From the NCBI GenBank assembly GCA_964016885.1, contig OZ024746.1:29884001-29948000 (forward strand): DNA of 64,000 nucleotides, given 5' to 3'. The notes below the pieces were generated by a model. That model was not told the DNA's origin. It saw only the letters and a list, made by a program, of their open reading frames with translations, and searched no databases. Positions 40,408 through 54,056 of the stretch are shown one piece after another. The DNA is from Eledone cirrhosa. Taxonomy: Eukaryota. Both the position numbers and the translations under genes were made by a program. Position 1 is the first letter of the stretch. The number at the start of each line of letters is the position of its first letter.

Positions 40408-42398
40408 TGTTATACTTGGGGAGGGTCATATTTGTGTAATAATATTGCCAGAATTAATAACAGAACACATTAACTCTTTGGTTGGTTTTCGCTTCTGTGT
40501 CTTTTATATCGGTTAATTTAATTTATTCGGTCCTGAATGGTATCCATTGACTGACCAACGGTCAAAAATACAGATACAATATAGACACAAACGCATATAT
40601 ATAGTCTAACAAAGTTCTTTCGTTGCACATCTGCAACGCGTCAGTGGTGCTATTATGTTTCCTCCCGTTGTATTGTATGCCTACGCCATCTTTATTTAGT
40701 CTGTTTATTTATTTATTTATCTATTTACTTTTTTTTTTGTCTTCTCTGCGCATGCGTTTGCGTGTGTGCATAGTGTTTGATGTGTGTTCGTGTTTGGGTG
40801 ACTGTGTATTAGTTATTGTATTCTATCTTAGTTTACTAGTGTGTGTTTATATGTGTTTGTTGTTATTGTGCTTGTGTATTTATTTATTTATACTTCTCTT
40901 AGGTCAGTATTGTTAGTTTGGGTGTTGTTGTTATTCCATTCATTTTTTCTATTTAGCCTTGGCCTTCTAAGTTCTATTTCGCTGGCCTATCTGATTTGCC
41001 TATCTGCTGAGTCATTTCTATGTTTAGATATTATTCTAATTTCTATGTTGTCTATGTTACCGTCGTGTTGTTGTCTGGCATGTTCGTATAGTACTGAACC
41101 ATTTTTTCGTCCTTTTAGTTCCCCCCAGTGTTGGTCTATCCTTTCACCTATTCTACGAGCTGTCTCGCCTATGTATGTTGTTGTCATGTTTCTGCAAGTA
41201 CCCTCTGTACATCTTATGCTATAGACTACGTTTCTAGTTTTACAGTTTATCTGGGGGTTTACTTTACATATAATACATTTCCTATTAGTACAGTGGGTTT
41301 TCTTAAAAGAGTAGGCTTTGCTCATCAGGGATTTTATGGTGGTTCCCTGCTTTTCTACCACCTTAATCTTTAAGTGGGTCTTCCTCAGGACCTTTCTACA
41401 CTGGTTAGATACTTTCCCTCCAGGGGTAGCGTCCACAAACATGACACTCTGGTATCTCTGGTTGTCGTACCATGAGGTGGCTTTCCCTATCTTATGTCTA
41501 GTCCTATCTAAGCTATTCCATGATTTGCTCCTGTATAATGGGCAAATTTCTTTCATGTCCAGTTCTATGAGGGTCTTATACTTCTCCCTGGCTCCTTCGT
41601 ATATTCTGATTTTGTCTCTTTGGTTGTAGCCAGAGAACTGCATGCGGTTGATGAAGTGTTGGATGTGTCTTTCTATTTCTGTTGGGTCGCACATGCGGGA
41701 CACGTTCTTCATCACTCGTACCAAGTCTGCGATCAGAATATTAAAATTAGTACTACTGGACATTGCTGAGTTTTTGAGTATCAGGTATTTGGAGGCCATG
41801 GGTTTAGCATAGTGTGAGTGGAGAATTTGGGCTCTCTCGTCTATAGTGTTAATCCAGAGTTCCGTTTCTAATAGAGGTAGTCTATTGTTAGGGTGTTTGG
41901 AACGGTAGTCGATAGTTACAGTTATACTCTGCTGTATGGAATTAGCTATCTGCTGGATGCTTTCCATTGTGCTACGTTCTAAATCAAACTTGCTAGTACT
42001 CTCTTGTAGGGATGTCCTTATTACTATATTGATATCGTCTACGTAACGAGAGTACATGATGAGGTCTATGGAGCTCTCATCAAGGAGATCTTTAAGTCTC
42101 CTTTCCCACCATATCATAAAAAGGTTGGCAACGTCACCAGCTATGCTGACGCCAATGGCTGCTCCCTCATTTTGGGTGTAGATCTTCTCGTTGAATTTGA
42201 ATATGTGGCCCTTTAGGGTAGTTTTGATACTAGCCCCTATTGCATGTGCGACCATTTTTCTTACCTGATCATTGTTTTGGGGGATCCGTATAGCTTTGGT
42301 CCACACAATCCACCTTCCCATGGGAGTCTTTGCACCCCCCCCCCCAGTATAACAATATTTGTTTCGACACACGATTTCATATGAAAACCCTCGCAAAA

Positions 42399-42400
<2 letters not shown>
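40406..42400 (-). mobile_element. Penelope-like retroelement, 5'-truncated, with inverted terminal segment
   Basis: RT-GIY-YIG ORF and a 3' UTR with hammerhead-like CTGACGC-GTTGCA-GATG-TGCAAC-GAAA (~40612-40646, -). Ends GACCCTCCCAAGTATAACAA-(TA)n. Inverted CAGTATAACAATAT plus tail at ~42345-42400. Confidence 0.88.
40890..42330 (-). pseudogene. PLE reverse transcriptase (C-terminal half) plus Cys-rich linker plus GIY-YIG endonuclease
   Basis: IYTQNEGAAIG..ANLFM, RYVDDI, LPLLE, CTNRKCIIC..C, VVYSIRC, YIGETARRIGERI, HARQQH. After a TAG the frame continues ASEIELRRPRLNRKNEW. Confidence 0.9.
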
Positions 42401-42451
<51 letters not shown>

Positions 42452-42453
<2 letters not shown>

Positions 42454-42738
42454 AAGGACTGTAACGTGAAGTTACTCAGGTTCACTCAGGTTAGCACTCG
42501 ATGTTTAGGGTCATGTCAGTATCGAGGTGTAGAGCTAAACAGGGTGCAATATAATAATACAAGGACGATTTGTTAAGCCTTCATTTCGTTTATTGATTGG
42601 TGACGCGCGTTTCGTTGTTGTAATGACAACAGCAGAGGTCCGACGAGCTTTTGATACAGATAGAACCTTGAGCTGATTAATAGTGAAACGCACGTCACCA
42701 ATCCATAAACGTATTGAAGGCTTAACAAATCGTCCTTG

Positions 42739-42744
<6 letters not shown>
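42452..42744. mobile_element. Fold-back element in (TA)n with degenerate hammerhead
   Basis: Arms 42554-42613 and 42685-42744. The minus strand reads CTGCT-GTTGT..ACAAC-GAAA-CGCGCG-TC. Confidence 0.75.
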
Positions 42745-42793
<49 letters not shown>

Positions 42794-42796
<3 letters not shown>

Positions 42797-42905
42797 CGTT
42801 TCTGAATTTGTTTACCAAGATTCTTTATCTGAAATCGTGTTTGGAAACCGATATTGTTATACTTTGGGAGGGTCATGTTGCCAATAAGAAACACACGCAC
42901 CAGTT
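42794..42905 (-). mobile_element. Family B 3' end including tail
   Basis: The minus strand reads GGTGCGTGTGTTTC..CATGACCCTCCCAAAGTATAACAATAT plus a ~57-bp tail ending in (TA)n. Confidence 0.8.
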
Positions 42906-43123
42906 GCTTTCACTTCAATTTATTATATATATATATAAACTCACTAGTAGCTATTTATTTTGCTTCTAAATTAATGCAATAGTAAATACGAAATTTGGTA
43001 TTCTTTTAAGTATTTCTGCCATTGTTTGTTCAGATAAATCCTAAAACATCCTAAATCCTAACATGTTATTGGCTCTTATTTGAATAACATGTGCTGTGTG
43101 TGTGTGTGTGTGTATGTGTGTGT

Positions 43124-43157
<34 letters not shown>

Positions 43158-43518
43158 CTGTCTGTTTGTGTGTGGGCATGTGTGTGTGTATATGTATGCG
43201 TGTGTGTGTGTGTGTGCGTTTTTGTTTTGTATTGTGTTTCTTTTGACTAATTTTTTTAGAATATATCTTAGAAGTGGCTTGAATTCTTTTGTTTGTATTT
43301 AAAAAAGAAACTAACCTTTTTTTATATATTGTAAAGATTAAACTCAATGCATAGTTACTGTTGTTTGTTATGTGTAGAAGCATTTGAGCGTAGGGCAGTA
43401 AGGCTGAGATGGTGGTGGGGTGCATTCACTCATGGAAATACATTGTAGTGTTTGAATTCAAAACAAAAAACATATGATATATACATCCTTCTCATACAAT
43501 ATACACATGTATGTATAA

Positions 43519-43556
<38 letters not shown>

Positions 43557-43607
43557 TTATACTATATATATATGTATGTATAAGTATATATATATATATA
43601 TATATAT

Positions 43608-44048
43608 ACGATATTAATAAATGGAAACTACATTTATAAAACCATATTTATTTCATTATACATATTTCAGGGATACCACATTAAATTATGGTATGCCTTC
43701 ATCAGACAAAATACAATATATAACAGTTTTACAAATAGGTTTGACGTACCCTTTAAAATACAACCATTACTTTTGGAGGCTGTCTGGATAGTGATTTGTT
43801 TATATAATAAGTCATAGTGTTAAGCACAATTAGAAAAAGACGGAGAGAAAGAAAGAGAAAAGAACAAAGACAGAGAGAGAGAAAGAAAAGAGAAAGAAAT
43901 ATGTATAATGAAATAAATATGGTTTTATAAATATAGTTTCCATTTATTAATATCGTATATCTACTCCAAAAATTTGTCGAGTTCTTTATATCAGTTATAA
44001 AAATATTTACTTGTTGTATCCCAACAACTTTAAATAGAACTTTTGCAT
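43608..44048. mobile_element. Family D second copy; hammerhead at 43649-43713 (-)
   Basis: Homologous to 39599-40196; ~60-bp inverted arms; CTGATGA core intact. Confidence 0.85.
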
Positions 44049-44974
44049 ATATATATATATCTTTTTGCACATATGTCTATATGTAAAGGGTATATATATT
44101 TATATATAGTAAAAGAGAGAGAAAGAGAGTCATGTTTCAAATTTCAACCCGCACAATGCATGTTCTTTAGTTATTTCCTAACACCACCACCTCCATTGCA
44201 ACTAGCCAACTAACAATTCCTACATAAATACAGCCATGGATCCATTTTATGTGATTCAGCATATTTATATGTATTCAGTACGTAATAACGGCGGGGGGGG
44301 GGGGTCGATAGAATATATGTACAGATGTACACACACTTATTAGTTTTATTGATTCACTATAGATCAATTCTGATCTGGATATATGAGTAAATGTGTTCCC
44401 TCAGTGATCATCACGTATTTTATTTTCTTTCGGGCCCACTACATTCAAAACTACTGTATTTAAATTGCCATATATTATTTATTTCAATACTTTGCATTCT
44501 GCCTTCAAATAACCCTCGATTTTATCTTTGCTTTTCATCCTTCTGGGACGGTATTTCTGTTTCCCTTTGTATCAGTTGGAGATGAATGATCAACTTGCTG
44601 TTATTTGAACTCGAAACAAAAACGAGTATCCAAAGTGTATATGAACATATATACTGTATGCTATATACAGTGTAATGTATACATACGAACATATATACAG
44701 TATAATGTATACAGTATAATATATATAGTATAATTTAAACATATATAGTTCCTTAACTGCTGCGTGAGTCGTAGGGGTACTGTATTGATATACGACGTTT
44801 CCAGAACATTTTAAAGCAGATCTGAATACAACAGATTTCTTCCAGAGAAGGATAGAGAGTGACATAATGAAAGTAAGTAAGAGATATAGAGGAGTATAAT
44901 ATATACAGTAAAATATATACAGAGTATAAACATATATACAGTATGTTTCATATAATAAACATTAAAGCGATGAC

Positions 44975-45115
44975 TGAGCAGAATCCTTAGTACGTTGGAT
45001 ATAGTATTTCGCGGTATTCGTTTCGGTTCTCTCCACCTTGAGTTCAAATCCGGCCGATGTCAACTTTTACATTCATCGATTGAAGTTCAGTAAAGTACTA
45101 GTCTAGTATTGGGAT
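44975..45115 (+). mobile_element. Old SINE S1-related copy
   Basis: GCAGAATCCTTAG..GAGTTCAAATCCGGCCGA..AAGTACTAG. Confidence 0.65.
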
Positions 45116-45155
45116 CGAATCCCTCTCTTATTTCCGTCTCTCTCCTTCTTTCTTT

Positions 45156-45189
<34 letters not shown>

Positions 45190-46545
45190 CTATCTGCCTC
45201 TCTCATTGTGTGACATGCTGTGTTTAGACATGAAGTGGGATGGGTTCCATTAAGTTTACATCTGCTAGACAAGCACTACGGCACTCCTGCCATTCCATCG
45301 GGGCTGTATGATGTAACAAACAAATATTTAATCTCACTGCGAGTATTTTATACTGTAATCATACCACACCTACCTCAACATCGGAATAATCATAGCGGAT
45401 ACATCTCTCTGCCGATAAACCTTGACAACTGACTAATTAAACGTGTGTCATTTTATCCGCCGGAAGAGGGTTCAACTGAAACACATTAATAGGAAGTGTT
45501 GAAATTAATAGATGCAATATTTTACAGATGTCATGTCATTTCTTTATAGTCAACTTATTAACTTTTTAGCCGACTCGTAAATGGCTGCATATAAGCTGTT
45601 TATCTGAATCATGCGGCATAAGTGCTATCGCTAATCCCAAAGGAACTAAGTATTAAATACACCAACATAGCTCACTCATCATCAGGGTTACCATTAATGT
45701 TAACGACTCTTATTAACAACATACATATACTTAAATAGAATCTACCAGGATGAAATAGGAAATTTAGATTTACTAGCAAAATATATAGTATATATACAAG
45801 AAAACAAATGAAAAATGTGAGCCTCGCAATCGTAAAATATCTATACCAGTCCTAGAAACATGGTAACACTAATTGCACGAACGACCAAACCAGTTAAACC
45901 AACTTCATCACGCCTGCGTCGGTTGTCCGTACCGTCCTTTATTTAAGAACCGGTGCACGGAAAACCGCAGCAATAATTTTCATGAAATCACCATAATCAC
46001 CGTAACCCGTACATAATTGAGTATCTGAGTAAAGCAATATAGAAATTGTGTAAAACAACAGCAACAAGAACAACAACAAGGACAACAATAACTGCAACAA
46101 CAACCACAATATGGGAAAATAATCTACCATTCTGCTATTCTGACAGTCGAGTAAACTTAAACGTGTTCTTCTCATTGAGTAGCTACTCAATTATAGAATT
46201 ATATATGTATCGGTACGTGAAAATGGATGCAATGGTATATGCAAAGCGTCTACTTTGGAATTAGGAATATTTGCTGGACACTATCCAAGAACAATCTTTG
46301 AAAAGACATTTGGACATACAAACGCTATTGCTATCACTGTCACGTTTTCTGAATATTATAACTCCTTATACAAAAGGTACAAAAACAATTTAGTCACGAT
46401 ATTATCCCTAGTAAAAATAAAATATATATGGAAATACTTGAATACAAAAGTGTTGTTACTTCAATATTCTGACAATTTGAAAAATAATCTATATTATAAT
46501 AAAAGCGCTGTCCGTCTGTCCGTCCGTCCGTCACTCACATTATAT

Positions 46546-46730
46546 TGGATTGGCAGTATCGGTAGAGAATCGGACACCATGTTTTGAAGCATATAGTTAC
46601 GTCCCTTTATGATCTGAGTTCAAATCCCGCCGAGGTTAACTTTGCCTTTCATCCTTACGGGGTTGATAAAATAAAGTACCAGTAATGTACTGGGTAATTG
46701 CTGGCCTTGTGCCAAAAGTAGAAACAATTA
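46546..46730 (+). mobile_element. SINE S1 copy
   Basis: Diagnostic motifs. Confidence 0.92.
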
Positions 46731-47190
46731 TTTATAGGGGGGGGGCAAGGGAGCGAGCGATATGTACAAGGAGAGAGAAAAGGGATCTCCGTGTGTTTTC
46801 GAGGTGACGGAAAGAGGTAGTTAGACAGAAAGTTAACTTCACCTTCATCTATATAGAGAGAGAGGGAGCGCCAAGGGCGAGATATGTTTGTATATAGATA
46901 GAGTGAGAAAAGAGAACAGCCTGTGTTTCGAGATGTCAGTAAGAGGTACATAGAGACAAAGCAATGACTTCGCCCTCACGTACACGGAGAGGGTGGGAGC
47001 GCCAAGCGAGAGATATGTAGATAGATAGAGAGAGAAAAGGGAACTCCGTGTGTTTAGATAGATATATATAGAGAGAAAAGGGAACTCCGTGTGTTTAGAT
47101 AGATAGATAGAGAGAGAAAAGGGGAACTCCGTGTGTTTAGATAGATAGATAGAGAGAGAGAGAGAGTGAGAGAGAGAGAAGAGAGAGAGA

Positions 47191-47227
<37 letters not shown>

Positions 47228-47720
47228 TGTGTGTGTGTGTGTGTGTGTTAAAGAGAGAATACGATGAGAGAATACGATGTCACCTTCATATATGTAGAAA
47301 GAGGAGACTAGCAAGCGTTTATACAGAGACGCGTATGAAAATTATTCAGTGAAGGAAACAAACGGTGAATTAATTTATTAATTTAACAAGTTGATAGTAT
47401 TTTAAAATCTATATTGGAATTGTTAGACTGTTAAGAGCTAATATAGCAAGCTTTAAGAATGGAATATTTTAAGTAGATCATTGGTTTTGTTGCATCTTTG
47501 ATTTAGAAATTTTGAAATATTCTAATATTTGTGACGTCAACTCATCCCTACTTTCTATTCTCTACTTCTTCCAATATTTTCCTTCTTAATTCATTAGATC
47601 TGCCACATCTCAAGGCATATATTCTCAAGATTTATAGAATCCATCTTGACTTTAAGCTGTCACTGATGTAGGATATATAGATAGGAAAAAGGGTGAAGAT
47701 TAGATTAGATCTAACAATCG

Positions 47721-47856
<136 letters not shown>

Positions 47857-47895
47857 TAGAGAGAGATAGAGAGATATAGAGAGAGAAAGAGAGAT

Positions 47896-47927
<32 letters not shown>

Positions 47928-47933
47928 GGAGAG

Positions 47934-48005
<72 letters not shown>

Positions 48006-48079
48006 TTCTCCAAGAAGAGCAGAGAGCGGGTGAAATAGGGAATGAACAGAAAGACGATAAAATATTTTCCTATAGGCAG

Positions 48080-48345
48080 ATCATGTTAGGTCAGATTGTG
48101 TCAGATCAGGTCTGATGAGACCATATAAGTGCCTATCTGAGCAAGTGATGTCAGATGAGGTCAATTCAGGTCAGTTTAGGTCAGTTTAGATCAGATCAGT
48201 TTCTGTTATATGGCAGGGACAGATGAGGTCAGATGTGGTCATGAGGTCAGGTCAAATGACATTATAAATTCTGTGATGATTTTCCTATCAGATTCAGATT
48301 TGATGAAATCAGGTCATGCAAGATCTGTTAAGGTCAAGTCAGATC
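48080..48345. repeat. Degenerate pentanucleotide (AGGTC/AGATC) repeat
   Basis: Direct inspection. Confidence 0.7.
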
Positions 48346-48509
48346 AATAAATAACCAACAAAAACATAGTTACCATTCAGAAAATTTAAAATGCTAAAAT
48401 AAAGTTTTCGATCAATTGAAAATGACAGGAAAATATAAAATTCATAATTCAATAATTATTTGTTTTATTCTTCATATTAGAGATCATCTTTCCCTCGTCA
48501 TTCTCCCCT

Positions 48510-48626
<117 letters not shown>

Positions 48627-49165
48627 TTATATATATACGTATATATATATGTATATATGTATATATATTATATTTATATATATACGTATATATATATGTA
48701 TATATGTATATATATGTATATATATAAAATATATATATATATATATATACACATATATATATATGTGTGGGGGTGGGTATAGACTTCATTAATTCTCATC
48801 TCTATCTCATCTTCTGCTGCTGCCGCTTGTCTTTCTCTTTAAACAATTTTTTTTTTATTTCTCACTTTTCAAATATAATTTTAAAGAAATGAAAGTAATA
48901 CCATTCACATATATTGAGCAAGGAGTGAAAAGTAATTTCATATTTCACCGTTTAAAAAATATCGATCTTAATTTCAAATGTTAGGGAAGATCACGTTTGT
49001 TAATTGTTTGTCATCTTGTACACATGGATATATATACAGATACATACATACATACATACATACATACATACATACATACATACATACATACATACATACA
49101 TACATACATACATACATACATACATACATACATACCACTCACTAGACTGTCAACGTGATCAGTCG

Positions 49166-49865
49166 CAAAACACTGTACACTGCAGTTCGTAAAAAAGATA
49201 GCCCCGATAATAAACACATTAAAAGCTACAATAATGTGGAAGACATCCATGTACATAATATGAAAGAGTACTGGTGGAATGTTCCAGTAAAAACCCCAAT
49301 AAAATGCAGGCATAACAGACCAAATATTATGATATGGGACAGGGAGAAGAAAACATGCACAGTAGTGGAAATTAGCTGCCCAGCAGATGCCAATATAATA
49401 TCAAAGATTAGTGAAAAGGAGAATATTTATGCAGAACTGATGAGAAATCTGCAGATACTCCACCCTGATTACACCTTCAGATTTATGCCTGTGATTATTG
49501 GGGCACTGGGATATGTTAGTAACTGCCTCAATACAAATCTTGAGAGGCTGGGCTTCACAGGAGCAGAAAGAACACAACTAGTTAGGAAATTACAAGTACA
49601 ATCTATTAATGGAACAGTAAAAATATGTAAAACATTCCAAAAATGTTGCATCTAATAACTGCATATACACATGTACAGATACAAAGCATATATACATGCA
49701 CACATACAACTCAAAACATACACATCCATATCTACACATGCATTAATACATACATATCTACCTAGTTGATGTTGTGTAAATTCCAATGAGAGAGTCTTGT
49801 ATCTATGTTAGAAACCGACTCTCTCTCTATTGGTAAAACTTTTTGAATTTATAAAACCAGAAGAA
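49166..49865 (+). mobile_element. R4/Dong-like non-LTR element, short 5'-truncated copy
   Basis: REL endonuclease HNRPNIMIWD..VVEISCP..KENIY..PVIIGALG. Near identical to 51857-52581; (CATA)n on both sides. Confidence 0.88.
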
Positions 49866-50480
49866 CATACATACATGATGGCTGCCCTCGTTATCGAGTA
49901 TGGCCATTGCACGATATACTATTATTAATAATTATTAATTAATTCTATCGTGCAATGCCTGTGCATGAAGATATTTTTTAAAGTGAGGAAAGACTGTGCC
50001 AATCCCACTCTCTGAGCGACAGTAGCTATAACCCGAAAAGAAGAATAGATCAACATCATCGGTAACTACTAAACCGCAGGTTTTATATCGCAGTTATCCC
50101 ATTTTCCTGAGTTGGCTTCTTCTAGAATACCCTGACAAAGTCTAGTGGTCCTTGACTCCCAGTGGTTTAACCGCGCGGTACATGTGTATATACATATTTA
50201 CACACTTTTGGATGGCCGTTGACTCTTATGAGTTCTTCCGCCCTTTGACAGGTTTTGTTTTTGTCCTGCAGAGTGTCCAAAATAACCCTCCTCACCAAGT
50301 AAACTTGGTGGGGTTGCCAGTTTAATCGCCAACGACCCGACCATACGACAGGTTGTACTGGGTTACATGTTACCAGTAGCACTCAAGAGTGACACGACAT
50401 ACATACATACATACATACATACATACATACATACATACATACATACATACATACATACATACATACATACATACATACAT

Positions 50481-52581
50481 TACAGTCTGGCTGGACTACA
50501 AGAAAGCTTTCGATTCTGTTCCCCACTCTTGGATGATAGAGGCCCTTCAACTTGCTAAAGTCCCAGACATTATTGTCAGAGCCATAGAGAGGCTGTCTTC
50601 TTCTTGGGCTATTATCCTAAGGTTAAAGACAGAGAGGGAGGACTCTATTTTCACTGATAAAATAAAATACTGCAGGGGTATATTTCAGGGGGACAGTCTC
50701 TCTGTGATATTGTTCATCTTGTCATTAAACCCCTTGTCCTTTCTGCTCAAGAAATGTGAGGGATACATCATTGGCTCACAGGAGGACAGAAATACGAACC
50801 TAACCCATAACTTCTTTGTGGACGATCTGAAACTCTATGCCAAGAACATGGATGGGATGAAGAAAAATCTTGACCTGGTTACAACGTTCTCAAAGGATAT
50901 AGGAATGGAGTTTGGCCAAGATAAATGCTGATACGTGACTGTAAAGCGGGGAAAAACAACACCCCAATCTAGCAGATGAGGACTGCTATAGATACCTGGG
51001 GATAGATGAGAACATATCCTATAATGGTATCTGTAATAAAGAACGTGTAACCAGGGAATACTACACCCGATTAAGAAAGATCAGGTCATCGGAACTCTCT
51101 GCGCAAAACAAAACAGTGGCTCACAATGTGTTTGCTGTGCCTGTCCTAACACCAACGTTTGGAATACTCAATTGGACGATAGACGAAATCCGACCAGTTG
51201 ATGTTGGAACTCGAAAAATACTGAACAACACCGGAAACTTCCACATCAACAGTGACATAGACCGCCTTTACTTGAAACGTAGGCAGGGAGGCAGAGGCCT
51301 AACATCAGTCCAGACAACATTTGAATGTCGCATCATATATCTCCGACAACATCTACGAACCTCGAAGCGTAGGAGCCCGCTTCTCGAGCAAGTCTATCTG
51401 CATGAAACAGATAAGATGATGAGAGTTGGGAAGGAACTCCTTGAGAGATATTCCCTGTGTGATAATCGAAAAATCACACCCAGGGATGTCGCTCAGCAGT
51501 ATCGCAGTGAATCCATGGATGAAAAAGTGCATGCCTATCAGCAAAAAATCATGCATGGATATGTTGCCAGGAAGCTCCAGAGTGAGAGTAATATAGATAA
51601 GGAAAGTAGTCTATCTTGGACCAACAACCGTTATATTGGCTCCCACTTTGAAGGATACGCTTTTGCAATCCAAGAACAGGAGATTAGCACGAAATACCTG
51701 ATTCACAAAAGAGATAGGGATGCAGGCAAAACACCTAGATGTGATAACAAGTGCAGACTCTGCAGAACTAACATCTAGGATATCACCCATGTCAACAGCA
51801 GCTGCCCAAAGATGTCATCGCGGTACTATGTACATACGATGCATGATGTAGTGGCCAAAACACTGTACAATGCAGTTCGTAAAAAAGATAGCCCCGATGA
51901 TAAACACATTAAAAGCTACAACAATGTGGAAGACATCCATGTACATAATATGTAAGAGTACTGGTGGAATGTTCCAGTAAAAACCCCAATAAAATGCAGG
52001 CATAACAGACCAGATATTATGATATGGGACAGGGAGAAGAAAACATGCACAGTAGTGGAAATTAGCTGCCCAGCAGATGCCAATATAATGTCACAGATTA
52101 GTGAAAAGGAGAATATTTATGCAGAACTGATTAGAAATCTGCAGATACTCCACCCTGATTACACCTTCAGATTTATGCCTGTGATTATTGGGGCACTGGG
52201 ATATGTTAGTAACTGCCTCAATACAAATCTTGAGAAGCTAGGCTTCACAGGAACAGCAAGAACACAACTAGTTAGGAAATTACAAGTACAATCCATTAAT
52301 GGAACAGTAAAAATATGTAAAACATTCCAAAAATTTTGCATCTATTAACTGCATATACACATGTACAGATACAAAGCATATACACATGCACACATACAAC
52401 TCAAAACATACACATCCACACATACAATAACATCAGTATCTACACATGCATGCATGCAGACATACATACATATCTACCTAGTTGATGTTGTATAAATTCC
52501 AATGACATAGTCTTGTGCCTATGTTAGAAACCGACTCTCTCTCTATTGGTAAAACTTTGTGAAATTATAAAACCAGAAGAA
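50481..52581 (+). mobile_element. R4/Dong-like non-LTR element (RT plus CCHC plus REL endonuclease), 5'-truncated pseudogene
   Basis: [62 protein letters not shown]. Flanked by (ACAT)n. Confidence 0.9.
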
Positions 52582-52708
52582 CATACATACATACATACAA
52601 ACATACATACATACATACATACGTGCCTGCGTATATACAAATACACACATGTATATATATATATATATGTATATAAGTGGGTGTTTTTGTTTCTCTCTCT
52701 CTCTCTCT

Positions 52709-52792
<84 letters not shown>

Positions 52793-53064
52793 TATATCTC
52801 CATAAATATATCTACACATTTTTCCTCGGGGTACAGTTGAAACACAAGCAAGATTGGTTCATAGAGTATGTCGCTGAATTCTTTCTTCATTTTCTTTTTC
52901 TTTGCCCTTGTTTTATGTCCTTTTACCATGTATATTATACAGTTAAGTAATACCAAACTCTGCTGCAACATGGCTGGATCGATCGCAAAAACCCATTACT
53001 GTAAATGAACATTTCTTACTGCTCAGCAATGTTTTTAACCACAGCATAGTGTGTCTGTTTATTA

Positions 53065-53645
53065 TTGGCAGTATCGGTAGAGGGTTGGAAGCCATGCTTC
53101 CTAGCATAGTTACGTCCCTTTACAGTCTGAGTTCAAATCCCGCCGAGGTTGACTTTGCCTTTCGTCCTTACGGGGTCGATGAAATAAAATACCAGTAATA
53201 CATTGGGATAATAGCAGGTCTTGTGCCAAAAGTAGAAACAATTATTAAGACATATGGGAGGTGGATTGGCAGTATCGGTAGAGGGTTGGACGCCATGCTT
53301 TCTAGCATAGTTACGTCCCTTTACAGTCTGTGTTCAAATCCCGCCGAGGTTGACTTTGCCTTTCGTCCTTACGGGGTCGATGAAATAAAATACCAGTAAT
53401 ACATTGGGATAATAGCTGGTCTTGTGCCAAAAGTAGAAACAATTATTAAGACACATGGGAGGTCGATTGGCAGTATCGGTAGAGGGTTGGACGCCATGCT
53501 TTCTAGCATAGTTACGTCCCTTTACAGTCTGAGTTCAAATCCCGCCGCGGTTGACTTTGCCTTTCATCCTTACGGGGTCGATAAAATAAAGTACCAGTAA
53601 TGTACTGGGTAATTGCTGGCCTTGTGCCTGAAGTAGAAACAATTA
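53065..53645 (+). mobile_element. Three tandem SINE S1 copies (~201-bp period)
   Basis: Shared spacer ATTATTAAGACAYATGGGAGGT and shared variants (CAGTCTG). Confidence 0.92.
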
Positions 53646-53864
53646 TTATAGTTATATTATATTATTAGTAATATGATGATTGTCATCAGTATTGTTATTA
53701 AGCTGTTATTGTTCTCATAATGTTGCATAGAATATGCGTAAATATAATCAGCAAAGCTAACTTCCATATATTTAGCCGTAAAAGAAAGCAATAATAGCTA
53801 TGCTATTCAATGTCTCTTGTATGGGAGACGTTTCTATAGTCATATTAAATGTATCCCAGTTGGC

Positions 53865-53914
<50 letters not shown>

Positions 53915-53980
53915 TATATATAAACATATATATATGTGTAAATATATATACATATTTACCGATGTATACATTATATATAA

Positions 53981-54056
<76 letters not shown>

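Noticed and set aside
40890-42330. Selenoprotein-type (TGA/SECIS) PLE
   Set aside because: The only in-frame stop is TAG at a Glu position, not TGA at a Cys.
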